Part shown: piece after piece, positions 10,148-19,289 of the stretch | Layout: the number at the start of each line of letters is the position of its first letter | How positions within the stretch are numbered: the first letter of the stretch is position 1 | Assembly (NCBI GenBank): GCA_964419635.1 | Contig: CAYQRR010000001.1 | Location: forward strand, 2,356-37,926 | DNA from: an uncultured Chitinophaga sp. | GTDB lineage: Bacteria > Bacteroidota > Bacteroidia > Chitinophagales > LD1 | Direction: 5' to 3' | DNA: 35,571 nt | Position numbers and translations under genes: made by a program | The notes under the pieces: model-generated | The model's input: the letters and a program-made list of their open reading frames with translations, nothing else | Databases searched by the model: none | What the model was told of the DNA's origin: nothing

Positions 10148-11061
10148 GATTGTTTCTCTTTGCGTACAATGAACAGATAGCCGACCAGTGCCGGCAAAAC
10201 TAAATTCAGTAACCAAATAAAGGTAGTAGCGCTGAGCAGCGCCAGCGAATTATCGGTTATCTCGCGGAACACATACAGCGCAGCCGTACCTCTGAAACTA
10301 AAATCGAGAGCCGGCAGCAAGGGCGAAAAACTATTGAGCAGCAGCAGCACCCCGCTATGGATCATTATGGTGAATACCGTGGTTTCTACACCAAAAAACT
10401 GAAAGGCACACACATACTTCAGCAGATAAACCAGATAACGCACCAGCGAAAGAGCGATAACAGTGGACTGTGTGCGCAGGTCGGGTAACTCCTCGTTGGA
10501 AATGTAGAATCCGGCCCTGCGCAGGCCGGAAAGTTTAGACAGGAAATTATTCACTACATCGAATCGAAAAAAGAGTAAAAGAAAAACAACACTCAGGCCA
10601 ATAACAATGCCCGACACAAAGGGATTGTTTATCCAAAGCGAGAAACAGACCGCTCCGGCTGCCAGAGTAATGGCGGTTTGTGCAATGCCCCCCAGATTGC
10701 TCAGATAGAATGCGCTTCTTCGCATCTCTGGCGACAAATGCCAGATTCGGCCACTAAACTCTCCAAGGCGGCCGGGGCTCACAAAGCCAAGGGTAACGCC
10801 CGACAGCACACTGCGCAACGCAGGCGCAAATGCGATATGGCCCTGTAACAGGTTTTGCCATTTGATGGTTTCCAGACACCAATTGACGGGCTGGAGGAGG
10901 ATAGCCACCACAATCCAAATAACCGGAGCAGCCGACAGGTTTTGTGTAAACAATTGCCACTGTGCCCTAAAATCATTTTGAACAAACAGCCTGTGTGCAA
11001 TCAGCCATACGAGCAGCGCAGCGATAAGGGCCTTCAGTAAAAATGAAAATGTAGAATTCAT
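10144..11061 (-). CDS. Polytopic membrane protein, UPF0104/flippase-like (LPG-synthase TM-region-like) family
   Basis: 305 aa from the ATG at 11061 (MNSTFSFLLKALIAALLVWLIAHRLF), with about 8 hydrophobic segments. The ORF-track start at 11112 is a TTG that would overlap ruvC. The family call is tentative; that it is a coding region is firm. Confidence 0.6.
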   Translation of the reverse strand: MNSTFSFLLKALIAALLVWLIAHRLFVQNDFRAQWQLFTQNLSAAPVIWIVVAILLQPVNWCLETIKWQNLLQGHIAFAPALRSVLSGVTLGFVSPGRLGEFSGRIWHLSPEMRRSAFYLSNLGGIAQTAITLAAGAVCFSLWINNPFVSGIVIGLSVVFLLLFFRFDVVNNFLSKLSGLRRAGFYISNEELPDLRTQSTVIALSLVRYLVYLLKYVCAFQFFGVETTVFTIMIHSGVLLLLNSFSPLLPALDFSFRGTAALYVFREITDNSLALLSATTFIWLLNLVLPALVGYLFIVRKEKQS

Positions 11062-11114
11062 CCTTCTTGTTGAATGATTTTGTTCTCTTAGCCCTGCCAA
11101 GGCAAGGCGCAAAG

Positions 11115-11675
11115 ATGGGCGAAGAAAGTAAAATCATTATCGGAATTGACCCCGGCACTATTGTGTTGGGCTATGGCATTATTGAAGTGCAGAAGCAGAA
11201 AATAAAGCTGCTGAGTATGGGGGTGGTACATTTGTCGAAGTATGAGGACGGGTTACTGCGCCTCAAAATCATCTATGAAAAAATAGCCGGCATGATTCAG
11301 GAGTATCACCCTACGGCCTGCGCGGTGGAGGCTCCTTTTTTTGGTAAAAATGTGCAAAGTATGCTCAAACTGGGGCGGGCACAGGGCGTGGCTATTGCAT
11401 CGGCACTTACCCATGGCGTGGAAGTGTTTGAATATTCGCCCAAGAAAATAAAGCAAAGTGTAACCGGCAATGGCAATGCCTCCAAAGAGCAGGTGGCGGC
11501 CATGCTGCAGCATTTGTGTGGGTTTGAACTGCAGCCCAAATTTCTGGATGCCACAGACGGATTGGCCGCAGCTATTTGCCATCATTTTCAAACCTCCAAT
11601 CAGCCCGCGGGCAGCACCAAAAAACTTTCGGGATGGGGCGATTTTGTAAAACAAAATCCATCGCGGCTCAAGTAG
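11115..11675 (+). CDS. ruvC: Crossover junction endodeoxyribonuclease RuvC
   Basis: IIIGIDPGTIVLGYGII (catalytic Asp), AVEAPFFGKNVQSMLKLGRAQG and DATDGLAAAICH are typical RuvC blocks. I chose the ATG at 11115 over the TTG at 11067. Confidence 0.9.
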   Translation: MGEESKIIIGIDPGTIVLGYGIIEVQKQKIKLLSMGVVHLSKYEDGLLRLKIIYEKIAGMIQEYHPTACAVEAPFFGKNVQSMLKLGRAQGVAIASALTHGVEVFEYSPKKIKQSVTGNGNASKEQVAAMLQHLCGFELQPKFLDATDGLAAAICHHFQTSNQPAGSTKKLSGWGDFVKQNPSRLK

Positions 11676-11686
11676 AGGGGTGGGCT

Positions 11687-12547
11687 TTACTGTTGTTTGT
11701 ATTCCAAAGGAGTGGTGCCGGTTTTTTGCTTAAAAAAATTGGCAAAATGCGCAGCATCGGTGAAATGAAGGGTGTAGGCAATTTCTTTTACCGAATAATT
11801 GGTGTAGCGAAGCAGACGCCTGGCTTCTATCAAGAGTCTTTCGTGAATAAATTCAAGTGCGGTCTTGCCCGAGAAAGAAGTGCTCACGGCATTGAGCGCT
11901 TTGGCATGTGTGTGCAGTGCAGTAGCATAATAAGCCACCCCGTGCTCTTTGCGATATTGTTTTTCCACCTCCCTCCTAAACCCGATATAGAGCGTAATTT
12001 CCGGAGTAGCTGATGATGCTATCGGCAAGGCCATCAGCTGTATGCATTTATGAGTCAATACCGATAAAAAACTTAGCAGCACTTTATCGCCATGCCTTTG
12101 CCGGCTGTCATACTCGGCTTTCATGAGCGACAGCAGTTGCTCGTAGTAGTCCCGTTCGCTCTTAGGTATATCCAGCACGGCCGCCCGTCCGGCATCCATG
12201 AAACCAAACAGTTTCATGAGCAGGATTTTCATTTCATCGTCCTGCAACAAAAACTCTTCGGTGAACATAATAGCATACGCGCGGATGTTTTTATCTCCGT
12301 TGAGCGCATGTATCTGCCCGGGTAACACGATGTGGAGCGTGCCGGGTGTAATGTTTACTTCAGTAAAGTCGATCAGGTGTGTTCCGCTCCCCTTCAAAAA
12401 TACAAACACGGTCCAGTAGCCATGGCGATGAGCCACATCTAACTCTTTAAAGTTTTCTCCGGTGAGGGATAAAAATTTAAAATGAAAGTGATGCGCAGCC
12501 GGAAAACGATGCAGTGGAGTAGAGGAGATGCCGGGCTGTTTTTCCAT
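11687..12547 (-). CDS. AraC-family transcriptional regulator
   Basis: The C-terminal double HTH reads ALEFIHERLLIEARRLLRYTNYSVKEIAYTLHFTDAAHFANFFKQKTGTTPLEYK. The N-terminal part is cupin-like. The ATG at 12547 is preferred over the TTG at 12595. Confidence 0.85.
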   Translation of the reverse strand: MEKQPGISSTPLHRFPAAHHFHFKFLSLTGENFKELDVAHRHGYWTVFVFLKGSGTHLIDFTEVNITPGTLHIVLPGQIHALNGDKNIRAYAIMFTEEFLLQDDEMKILLMKLFGFMDAGRAAVLDIPKSERDYYEQLLSLMKAEYDSRQRHGDKVLLSFLSVLTHKCIQLMALPIASSATPEITLYIGFRREVEKQYRKEHGVAYYATALHTHAKALNAVSTSFSGKTALEFIHERLLIEARRLLRYTNYSVKEIAYTLHFTDAAHFANFFKQKTGTTPLEYKQQ

Positions 12548-12607
12548 AGACGGGGGCGAGTTATAAAAAAGAAAGGTGATGCCGCGAAGCACCAACTTTC
12601 AAGCACA

Positions 12608-14293
12608 CTACTTAATCACTAAAAATTTTTGGGTCTGTGTCACCAGGCCTTCCCCCGACAGGGTGGCCCAGTACGTGCCCGCTGGTAAATGAACGAGTTC
12701 CAGGGCCATTTCGTTGCCTGACATTGTTTTTTGTTGAATTGTTTTTCCCGACAGGTCGCTGAGTTGGAGGGTGTAGTAGCCGGCTGTGGAAGGGGTTATA
12801 CATTTCACGAAGACTCTGTCTGCTGCCGGGTTGGGATACAAATCAAACTTGGCCTGCGGAGTTTCCTTTGGCAGGCTGTTTACCAATTCTTGTTTTTCAA
12901 AAAACCAAAGTTCGCGACCGGCATCATTAAAGTTGGCCGGTACCACCACTTTATTTCCAAACACGGTAAAATCAAATACATCGGCCATGCCACAACTGAT
13001 GAGTGCATTAAACGGGTGTAGTGTGTTGCTGCCCACCGGTGCAAAAGACTGCGTACCCGATGGGGTGCCATCGCTGCTCATAAAATACTGTTGCTGCTGT
13101 AGCGTGTCGTAGGCAATAAAGAAAATATGATTGCCCAGGCCCAGCATAAAAGGCGCTCCATTGTTCCAGAACCAGGGCAGTCGTTTGTCGGTCAGGTCCA
13201 GCTTGGTGTGCTGCAACTGTGCCACGCCTACGGAGTGAATGGCCGACATACCGCTGTTGGCATAATACACCCGGTTATTGGCAAAAGCGAGCTGTGTGGC
13301 ATAGTCTACATCTGTAGCGGTGGTTACGATGGCCGGGGCGGCATCGCCCGGTTCCATGCTATACAGATTAACGGCAGTCATGTTGGAGGCCAACAACCAA
13401 AGCCTGCCGCCATATACTTCCAGCTCGGTGGGGTAGGCATTGCTGCCCGGGGCCAGATTCAGGGGCTGCAGCAGACCCCCTGTTGTGCCATCGAAAGAAT
13501 ACAAATCGCTCCCCTGGCCCGACACGGCTCCCACAATATAAAGTTTGTTGTCAAAGGCTTTCATATCCTCTGCATACGCCAATGGAATATTGGCGGTGCT
13601 CAGGTTTTTTATCAGCGAGGTGCCGGCTGCTGTGCCGTCCGATTTCCATACGCCCGGCTGTCCGTTTTCTACCAGCACGAAATAGACATGGCCGTTCATT
13701 TCGCAGTAGCCAAACCCCTGCGCATATTGTGCAATAGCCGCCAAAGGCAGGGTGCCGCCCGGGGTGCCGTCAGTAGCCACCACCTGTGTAGCGGTGCAAA
13801 AAATAAACTTGTTCTGCAAGGTGGCTACGCGGCCTGTTTCCAAAAAAGCATTAGACGATTCGTTGAGCTCCATCAGCTTAAAGGTGCCCGAAGTGGTGCC
13901 ATCGGACACATAGAGGTCGTAGTCGGGTGTGTTCCAACTGTTCAGGCTGTCTTCGGTGGCGGCAAACACAATTTTGTTCCCTACCCGGTGCAGTTTGCCT
14001 ATGCCACTACCTCCCGACACATTCAGTTCTTTCACAAGTTGTGTACCGGCCTGTGTGCCATCGGTAGACCATAGTTCGTAGTTATAGTAGCTGTTCTGCG
14101 CTGCAAAGTATAACCGGCCGTTTAGTTCTACCATGGAGCTGAACTCGCCCGCACCATATACATGCTTGGCACTATCGCTCCACAAAAAAGCTTCGGTGCC
14201 TTGCTGCGGGTTAATTTCCACCAGTGAAAACTGCTGCGCGGTGGCCGGCAGGACTACTGCCAGCAATACCGCAAAAATGAATGTGTGTTTCAT
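12608..14293 (-). CDS. Secreted ELWxxDGT-repeat protein with a T9SS C-terminal sorting domain
   Basis: The signal peptide is MKHTFIFAVLLAVVLPATAQQ. Repeats recur at ELWSTDGTQAGT, LYVSDGTTSGT, VVATDGTPGGT, VWKSDGTAAGT, LYSFDGTTGG and FMSSDGTPSGT. The C-terminal DLYPNPAADRVFVKC...LPAGTYWATL...KFLVIK matches the Por_Secre_tail pattern. Confidence 0.85.
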   Translation of the reverse strand: MKHTFIFAVLLAVVLPATAQQFSLVEINPQQGTEAFLWSDSAKHVYGAGEFSSMVELNGRLYFAAQNSYYNYELWSTDGTQAGTQLVKELNVSGGSGIGKLHRVGNKIVFAATEDSLNSWNTPDYDLYVSDGTTSGTFKLMELNESSNAFLETGRVATLQNKFIFCTATQVVATDGTPGGTLPLAAIAQYAQGFGYCEMNGHVYFVLVENGQPGVWKSDGTAAGTSLIKNLSTANIPLAYAEDMKAFDNKLYIVGAVSGQGSDLYSFDGTTGGLLQPLNLAPGSNAYPTELEVYGGRLWLLASNMTAVNLYSMEPGDAAPAIVTTATDVDYATQLAFANNRVYYANSGMSAIHSVGVAQLQHTKLDLTDKRLPWFWNNGAPFMLGLGNHIFFIAYDTLQQQQYFMSSDGTPSGTQSFAPVGSNTLHPFNALISCGMADVFDFTVFGNKVVVPANFNDAGRELWFFEKQELVNSLPKETPQAKFDLYPNPAADRVFVKCITPSTAGYYTLQLSDLSGKTIQQKTMSGNEMALELVHLPAGTYWATLSGEGLVTQTQKFLVIK

Positions 14294-14402
14294 ACTTCTT
14301 TGTTTTAGGAAGGCAAATGAAAGGGAAGCTCCTTTAGCAGGATTGTAAATACAGGTGAAACAGTTGTAAGTCGTTTGAAGATTCGCAGGTGCTGCATCGG
14401 TA

Positions 14403-14434
14403 TTTGACAGGGAAGATGGACTAAAATAATTTTG
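14403..14434 (+). promoter_or_regulatory. Bacteroidota-type promoter for mreBCD
   Basis: An exact -7 box TAATTTTG (14427-14434) matches the TAnnTTTG consensus. A TTTG at 14403-14406 sits about 20 nt upstream (-33 element). The site is about 80 nt upstream of the mreB ATG. Confidence 0.45.
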
Positions 14435-14515
14435 TGGAGAAACATAGTCGGGTTATGAGAACTTTTTCTCTACTTCGCCCCGATTCAAAAAACGCACAAG
14501 AAATTAAAACCCCGC

Positions 14516-15544
14516 ATGGCTTTATTTAACTTTCTCACTCAGGAAATTGCCATAGACCTTGGAACAGCCAATACGCTGATTATACACAACGATAAAGTAG
14601 TGGTAGACGAGCCCTCCATTGTGGCTATTGACCGCAAGACGGATAAAGTGGTGGCCGTAGGCAAGCGCGCCATGCAAATGCACGAAAAAACACACGAGAA
14701 TCTGAAGACCGTTCGCCCCTTGAAAGATGGCGTGATAGCCGACTTTAAAGCTGCGGAAAGCATGATTCGCGAAATGATTAATATGATTTATGGCCAGAAG
14801 AAACCTTTGTTTCCTCCGCGCTATCGCATGGTCATTTGCATTCCATCGGGGATTACAGAGGTGGAAAAGCGTGCCGTAAAAGACAGTGCCGAGCAGGCTG
14901 GCGGACAGGATGTAAAGATGATTCACGAGCCGATGGCCGCAGCTATTGGTATTGGCATTGATGTGGAAGAGCCGAACGGTAACATGATTATTGATATTGG
15001 CGGTGGCACTACCGAAATTGCGGTTATAGCGCTGTCGGGTATTGTGTGCGACCAGAGTATCCGCGTGGCGGGCGATGAGTTTACCCTCGACATAGTGGAC
15101 TACATGCGCAGGCAGCACAATATGCTGATAGGCGAGCGCACAGCCGAAATGATTAAAATTAATGTGGGCTCTGCCCTGACCGATATTGACTCGCCACCCG
15201 ATGACTATGCGGTGAACGGACGCGATTTGATGACCGGTATTCCGAAGCAGATTATTGTGTCTTATTCGGAGATTGCTCATGCTATTGATAAGAGCATTTC
15301 TAAAATTGAAGAGGCTATTTTGAAAGCACTGGAAACTACACCGCCCGAGCTGGCAGCTGATATTTTTAAAACCGGATTGTATTTGACCGGTGGTGGAGCT
15401 TTGCTCCGCGGATTGGACAAGCGCATCAGCCAAAAAACAAAACTACCGGTGCATGTAGCCGAAGACCCTTTGCGTGCTGTGGTGCGCGGCACCGGCATTG
15501 CGCTCAAGAAGATGGATACGTTCACCTTCCTGATGGATGAATAA
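14516..15544 (+). CDS. mreB: Rod shape-determining protein MreB
   Basis: Actin-fold motifs are present: IAIDLGTANTLI, DIGGGTTEIAVI and LTGGGALLRGLDK. 342 aa. Confidence 0.95.
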   Translation: MALFNFLTQEIAIDLGTANTLIIHNDKVVVDEPSIVAIDRKTDKVVAVGKRAMQMHEKTHENLKTVRPLKDGVIADFKAAESMIREMINMIYGQKKPLFPPRYRMVICIPSGITEVEKRAVKDSAEQAGGQDVKMIHEPMAAAIGIGIDVEEPNGNMIIDIGGGTTEIAVIALSGIVCDQSIRVAGDEFTLDIVDYMRRQHNMLIGERTAEMIKINVGSALTDIDSPPDDYAVNGRDLMTGIPKQIIVSYSEIAHAIDKSISKIEEAILKALETTPPELAADIFKTGLYLTGGGALLRGLDKRISQKTKLPVHVAEDPLRAVVRGTGIALKKMDTFTFLMDE

Positions 15545-15606
15545 TCAGATTCGGAAACAGACACCGGCCCGGCCCGGTGCGCTGTTCATTCGAGAATTGA
15601 AGCACC

Positions 15607-16455
15607 ATGTATAACCTCTTTCGGTTTGTCGTTCGGTATTATCTGCTCCTGCTTTTTTTGCTGCTGGAATTTTTTTGTTTTTATCTGATTTATCGCAACA
15701 GCCGGTTTCATCAGGCTGCGTATAGCAATACGGGCAATGCGCTGAGTGGCCGCGTGTATTCCACTTCGCAGAATGTGGCAGGTTACTTTTATCTGCGCTC
15801 TATCAGCGATTCGCTGGTGAAAGAAAATGCTTCGTTGCGCGCCCGCTTGCAGGAGTCTTTGTATGATACCCGGGTGGACACCGGCAGCGTAAGCGATTCC
15901 TCGGCCCGCAGATATGTGCAATCGTATTCCTACATAGCGGCCAAGGTGATTCGCAATTCTATTGTGGAGCCTACCAACATTATTTACCTCGATAAGGGAA
16001 GCGCGCAGGGCATTACCAAGCAAATGGGGGTGATATCGCCCACCGGCATTGTGGGCCAGGTGGTGAATGTAACCGAGCACTACTCGGCTGTGATGAGCGT
16101 GCTGAGTAAAGATTTTAAAGTGAGTGCACGGTTTAAAAAGAATGACTATTTCGGGTATTTGCGCTGGGATGGCATTTTTCCGGATGAGGCCCGGCTGGAG
16201 GATGTGCCCAAGCATGCCCCCGTAAAAGCAGGCGACACGGTGGTGACCAGCGGCTATTCGCAGTTGTTTCCGCGCAATGTGATGATAGGGGTGGTGAAAA
16301 AAGTGGATGCCGAACCTGAAAAAGGTTTTTTGGATGTAACGGTGCGCCTTACCTCCGAGTTTGGTAACCTGAGTTATGTGTATGTAGTCAACAATATTCG
16401 CAAGGATGAGTTGCAGCAGTTGGATAGTGTGATTAACCCCCCCAAAGCCCACTAA
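15607..16455 (+). CDS. mreC: Rod shape-determining protein MreC
   Basis: Lies directly downstream of mreB. It has an N-terminal TM helix, a coiled segment (LVKENASLRARLQE) and the beta-barrel region GITKQMGVISPTGIVGQV...TSGYSQLFPRNVMIG. Confidence 0.88.
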   Translation: MYNLFRFVVRYYLLLLFLLLEFFCFYLIYRNSRFHQAAYSNTGNALSGRVYSTSQNVAGYFYLRSISDSLVKENASLRARLQESLYDTRVDTGSVSDSSARRYVQSYSYIAAKVIRNSIVEPTNIIYLDKGSAQGITKQMGVISPTGIVGQVVNVTEHYSAVMSVLSKDFKVSARFKKNDYFGYLRWDGIFPDEARLEDVPKHAPVKAGDTVVTSGYSQLFPRNVMIGVVKKVDAEPEKGFLDVTVRLTSEFGNLSYVYVVNNIRKDELQQLDSVINPPKAH

Positions 16456-16456
16456 G

Positions 16457-16978
16457 ATGATAGCCCAGATACCGGTCAATGTATTTCGATTAATCATTCT
16501 GCTGTTGCTGCAGGTATTGCTGTTTAGCAATATGCGGTTCAGCATTTTTGTGAATCCGTATGTGTTTCCTCTTTTTGTTTTGTTGCTGCCGTTTGAAACA
16601 CCGCGGTGGCTGCTGCTGTTTCTGGGGCTGGGAGCCGGCCTGCTGCTCGATTTCTTTTTGGGCTCCTGGGGCATGCATGCTGCGGCCTGCCTCTTTGTGG
16701 GTTATGCGCGGCCTTTTCTCATCAACATTATTACCCCCAAGGGCACCGAGTTTGAGGTAAGCCCCAACCTGTTTGCGCAGGGCATTGCGTGGTTTTCTAT
16801 TTACACCACAGTAACCATGCTTATTTACCTCACGTTTTATTTTGTGGTGGAAGCCGGCACGTTTTACAACTTCTTTTGGCTGCTGCTGAAAATAGCAGGC
16901 AGCACGGTGGTGTCGGTTATCTTTATTCTGATTCTGCTCTACTTTTTCTCCGCGCGCAAGAAGCGGAGGTATGCGTAG
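16457..16978 (+). CDS. mreD: Rod shape-determining protein MreD
   Basis: 173-aa polytopic membrane protein starting 1 nt after the mreC stop, the canonical mreBCD position. Confidence 0.8.
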   Translation: MIAQIPVNVFRLIILLLLQVLLFSNMRFSIFVNPYVFPLFVLLLPFETPRWLLLFLGLGAGLLLDFFLGSWGMHAAACLFVGYARPFLINIITPKGTEFEVSPNLFAQGIAWFSIYTTVTMLIYLTFYFVVEAGTFYNFFWLLLKIAGSTVVSVIFILILLYFFSARKKRRYA

Positions 16979-16990
16979 TATTTCTCCGCT

Positions 16991-18169
16991 TTATCGCTGT
17001 GCTGCAAAAAACACCCCGATGGTGGGCGAGTTGGCCATGCTCCAGCCAAAGTAAATGTTGTTGCCGCGCGGGTGATAGCCGATGTAATCAATAGGGTCGG
17101 TGAAGGTGGTGGGCAGGCTGTCGGACGAGGTCCAGGTATTGCCATCGAGGCACTTGAGGCCAAAGAGCGAATAAGAACTCACCTGCATGGGGTAGTTGAT
17201 ATAAGTGGCATAGAGCCGGTCGGTCAGCAATTCGTCAAATTTCAGATTGCGCACCATGGTAGTGGCTCCACCGGCCTGGCTCTGGAAGGTGTGCGTGGCC
17301 CAGCTGGAGGTGCTAAAGTCGTAGACAAATACTTTGGAGGTTTTGGTGGTAAAGCTGGTTTGGCTGAGGGCCATTTTGCTGCCGGTGTAGTTCATGGTAA
17401 ACTGAAAGTCGGTGTCTGTGGTGTCTATGGCGGGCAGTGGGAGATCGTCCCAGGTGGTGCCGTTAAACTGCCGCAGATAAAAACCACCGCTGAGGGTGCC
17501 CGGAGGATTGTAACCATAGGCCACCACACGCCCTCCACCGGCCTGCACGCCCAGGTAAAAGGGCAGACGCTCGCTGAAGGCCGAGCCGCCCAGCACTTCC
17601 CACTGCGCATTGTTGTAGCGGTATACATAAGTGCTGTCGGTGGTTTGGGCCATGGCATACACCTGCCCTATATAGGCCGACAGGTTATAGAGCTGATTGG
17701 TGCCAAAGTTAAGGTCGGGCAGGGCCACCAGGCCACCGCCATGGGTGTATTGATATACCTTGGTGATGTTTTGCCCCTGCGGATGGTAGGCAAGGAGGAT
17801 GGAGTTATCGTCATAGTTAAACACCTTGCCGAAGTAAGGCTCAAAGGGCAGCGACACCACGTGCAGGGTATCGTTGGTATTGGGCAGGTGCACGAGGCGG
17901 AAGAGATTGAACTTATCGCTGACAATAGCATACAGGTTATCTGCGGCATAGGCGGTGCTGTAGACCTTGCTGATGTAATTGCCAAAGGGCACCCCGGGCT
18001 GGTCCTGGGCAAACTCGGGGAGGTCGGTCCACTGCAGGGCAAAGTTGGTGCTGCCCGGTGGGGGATTGTTGTTGTTGTCGCCATCGTCAGGGTTTTCTTT
18101 TTTGCACGAAGCTGCAAAGAGCAGCGCAGCAAGCAAGAGATAATGCAGGGCCGTAGATTTTACTTTCAT
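16991..18169 (-). CDS. Lipoprotein of unknown function
   Basis: From the ATG at 18169 the sequence is MKVKSTALHYLLLAALLFAASC (lipobox Cys), followed by a low-complexity linker KKENPDDGDNNNNPPPGS. The remainder is Tyr/Gly/Thr-rich and looks like beta-strand. I recognise no family. Confidence 0.7.
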   Translation of the reverse strand: MKVKSTALHYLLLAALLFAASCKKENPDDGDNNNNPPPGSTNFALQWTDLPEFAQDQPGVPFGNYISKVYSTAYAADNLYAIVSDKFNLFRLVHLPNTNDTLHVVSLPFEPYFGKVFNYDDNSILLAYHPQGQNITKVYQYTHGGGLVALPDLNFGTNQLYNLSAYIGQVYAMAQTTDSTYVYRYNNAQWEVLGGSAFSERLPFYLGVQAGGGRVVAYGYNPPGTLSGGFYLRQFNGTTWDDLPLPAIDTTDTDFQFTMNYTGSKMALSQTSFTTKTSKVFVYDFSTSSWATHTFQSQAGGATTMVRNLKFDELLTDRLYATYINYPMQVSSYSLFGLKCLDGNTWTSSDSLPTTFTDPIDYIGYHPRGNNIYFGWSMANSPTIGVFFAAQR

Positions 18170-18407
18170 GCCGCTAAAATAACAGGGCGCGCTTTCCGCC
18201 AAATGTTTTGGTAAGATTGGAGGGGGTTAGGGGAGAGGGGATATTAGAATGCAAGCGAATACAGGCATTAAGACAAAAGATGTAAGCTAGCAGTATCACA
18301 ATGGTCATATTGTGACCATGACACATAATCTGCGGTTGGATAACTTTTGCTCAACACGGCAACTTTAGACTGACTTTTTAGCTACCTTCGTTCCAATAAA
18401 CTTGACA

Positions 18408-19289
18408 ATGGAAGACAAAGTGAAGATAAACATGGTATTGGAGGACTTGGTCGGCTATATCTCACAAAACGGAGTTCAGCGTAGCATCAAACCTGTTTTC
18501 AAAACAGAAGACTTCGCATTATACAATGACGACAGCTTGGAAGTAATGAGTCGCTTCCCCGACAACTATGTGGACATGATTTTTGCTGACCCGCCTTACA
18601 TGCTTTCCAATGATGGATTTACATGTCAAAATGGGCGGATGGTTCCCGTAAACAAAGGTAAATGGGACAAGAGTAAAGGTTTTGATGAGGACTTAGCTTT
18701 CCACGAAACATGGATAAAGGAGTGCAGACGAATTCTAAAACCTGAAGGCACAATTTGGATAAGCGGAACATATCACAGCATTTATCAGTGTGGTTTTCTG
18801 TTACAAAAACTCAACTTCCATCTACTCAACGACATTTCTTGGTTCAAACCAAACGCAGCACCGAATTTAAGTTGTCGTTTCTTTACCGCTTCCCACGAAA
18901 CAGTTTTATGGGCACGTAAAGACAAAAAGGCAAAACACTATTTTGACTACGAAGCGATGAAGAACGGTGATTTTCCGGAGGACAAAATCAAAAAAGCGGA
19001 CTTGCAGATGCGTAGCGTTTGGAGCATCCCGACACCGACACCAAGCGAAAAAGAGTTTGGTAAACACCCGACACAAAAACCGCTTGCATTACTTAGACGC
19101 ATTGTGCAAGCATCTACAAAACCTGGCGACATCATTTTTGATCCTTTCAACGGTGGCGGCACAACAGGTATTGCTGCCACACAACTTGGCTACAGAAAGT
19201 ATATCGGCTGCGACATAAGCAAAGAATTTATTGACCTAACTATTCAACGCTACAAAGGATCAAAAGCAGCTAAAGGTCTTTTCATATGA
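18408..19289 (+). CDS. Site-specific DNA methyltransferase, beta-class N6-adenine/N4-cytosine (N6_N4_Mtase-type)
   Basis: Motif IV (DMIFADPPY) lies N-terminal to the AdoMet motif I region (HPTQKPLALLRRIVQASTKPGDIIFDPFNGGGTTGIAA), which is the beta-class order. I chose the ATG at 18408; the ORF-track start at 18402 is a TTG. Confidence 0.88.
   Translation: MEDKVKINMVLEDLVGYISQNGVQRSIKPVFKTEDFALYNDDSLEVMSRFPDNYVDMIFADPPYMLSNDGFTCQNGRMVPVNKGKWDKSKGFDEDLAFHETWIKECRRILKPEGTIWISGTYHSIYQCGFLLQKLNFHLLNDISWFKPNAAPNLSCRFFTASHETVLWARKDKKAKHYFDYEAMKNGDFPEDKIKKADLQMRSVWSIPTPTPSEKEFGKHPTQKPLALLRRIVQASTKPGDIIFDPFNGGGTTGIAATQLGYRKYIGCDISKEFIDLTIQRYKGSKAAKGLFI

Noticed and set aside
13127-14074. 315-aa + ORF; likewise 17072-18214 (380 aa) and 338-952 (204 aa)
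   Set aside because: All three are antisense shadows of well-supported minus-strand genes: the ELWxxDGT protein, the lipoprotein and the DUF4175-like protein. Their frames are codon-phase-aligned with the real genes and their composition is Gly/Val/His/Ala-rich.
14522-16674. 303-aa and 362-aa minus-strand ORFs (14522-15433 and 15586-16674)
   Set aside because: They are antisense to mreB and mreC/mreD, whose identities are unambiguous. The translations are His/Asn/Arg-rich with no motifs.
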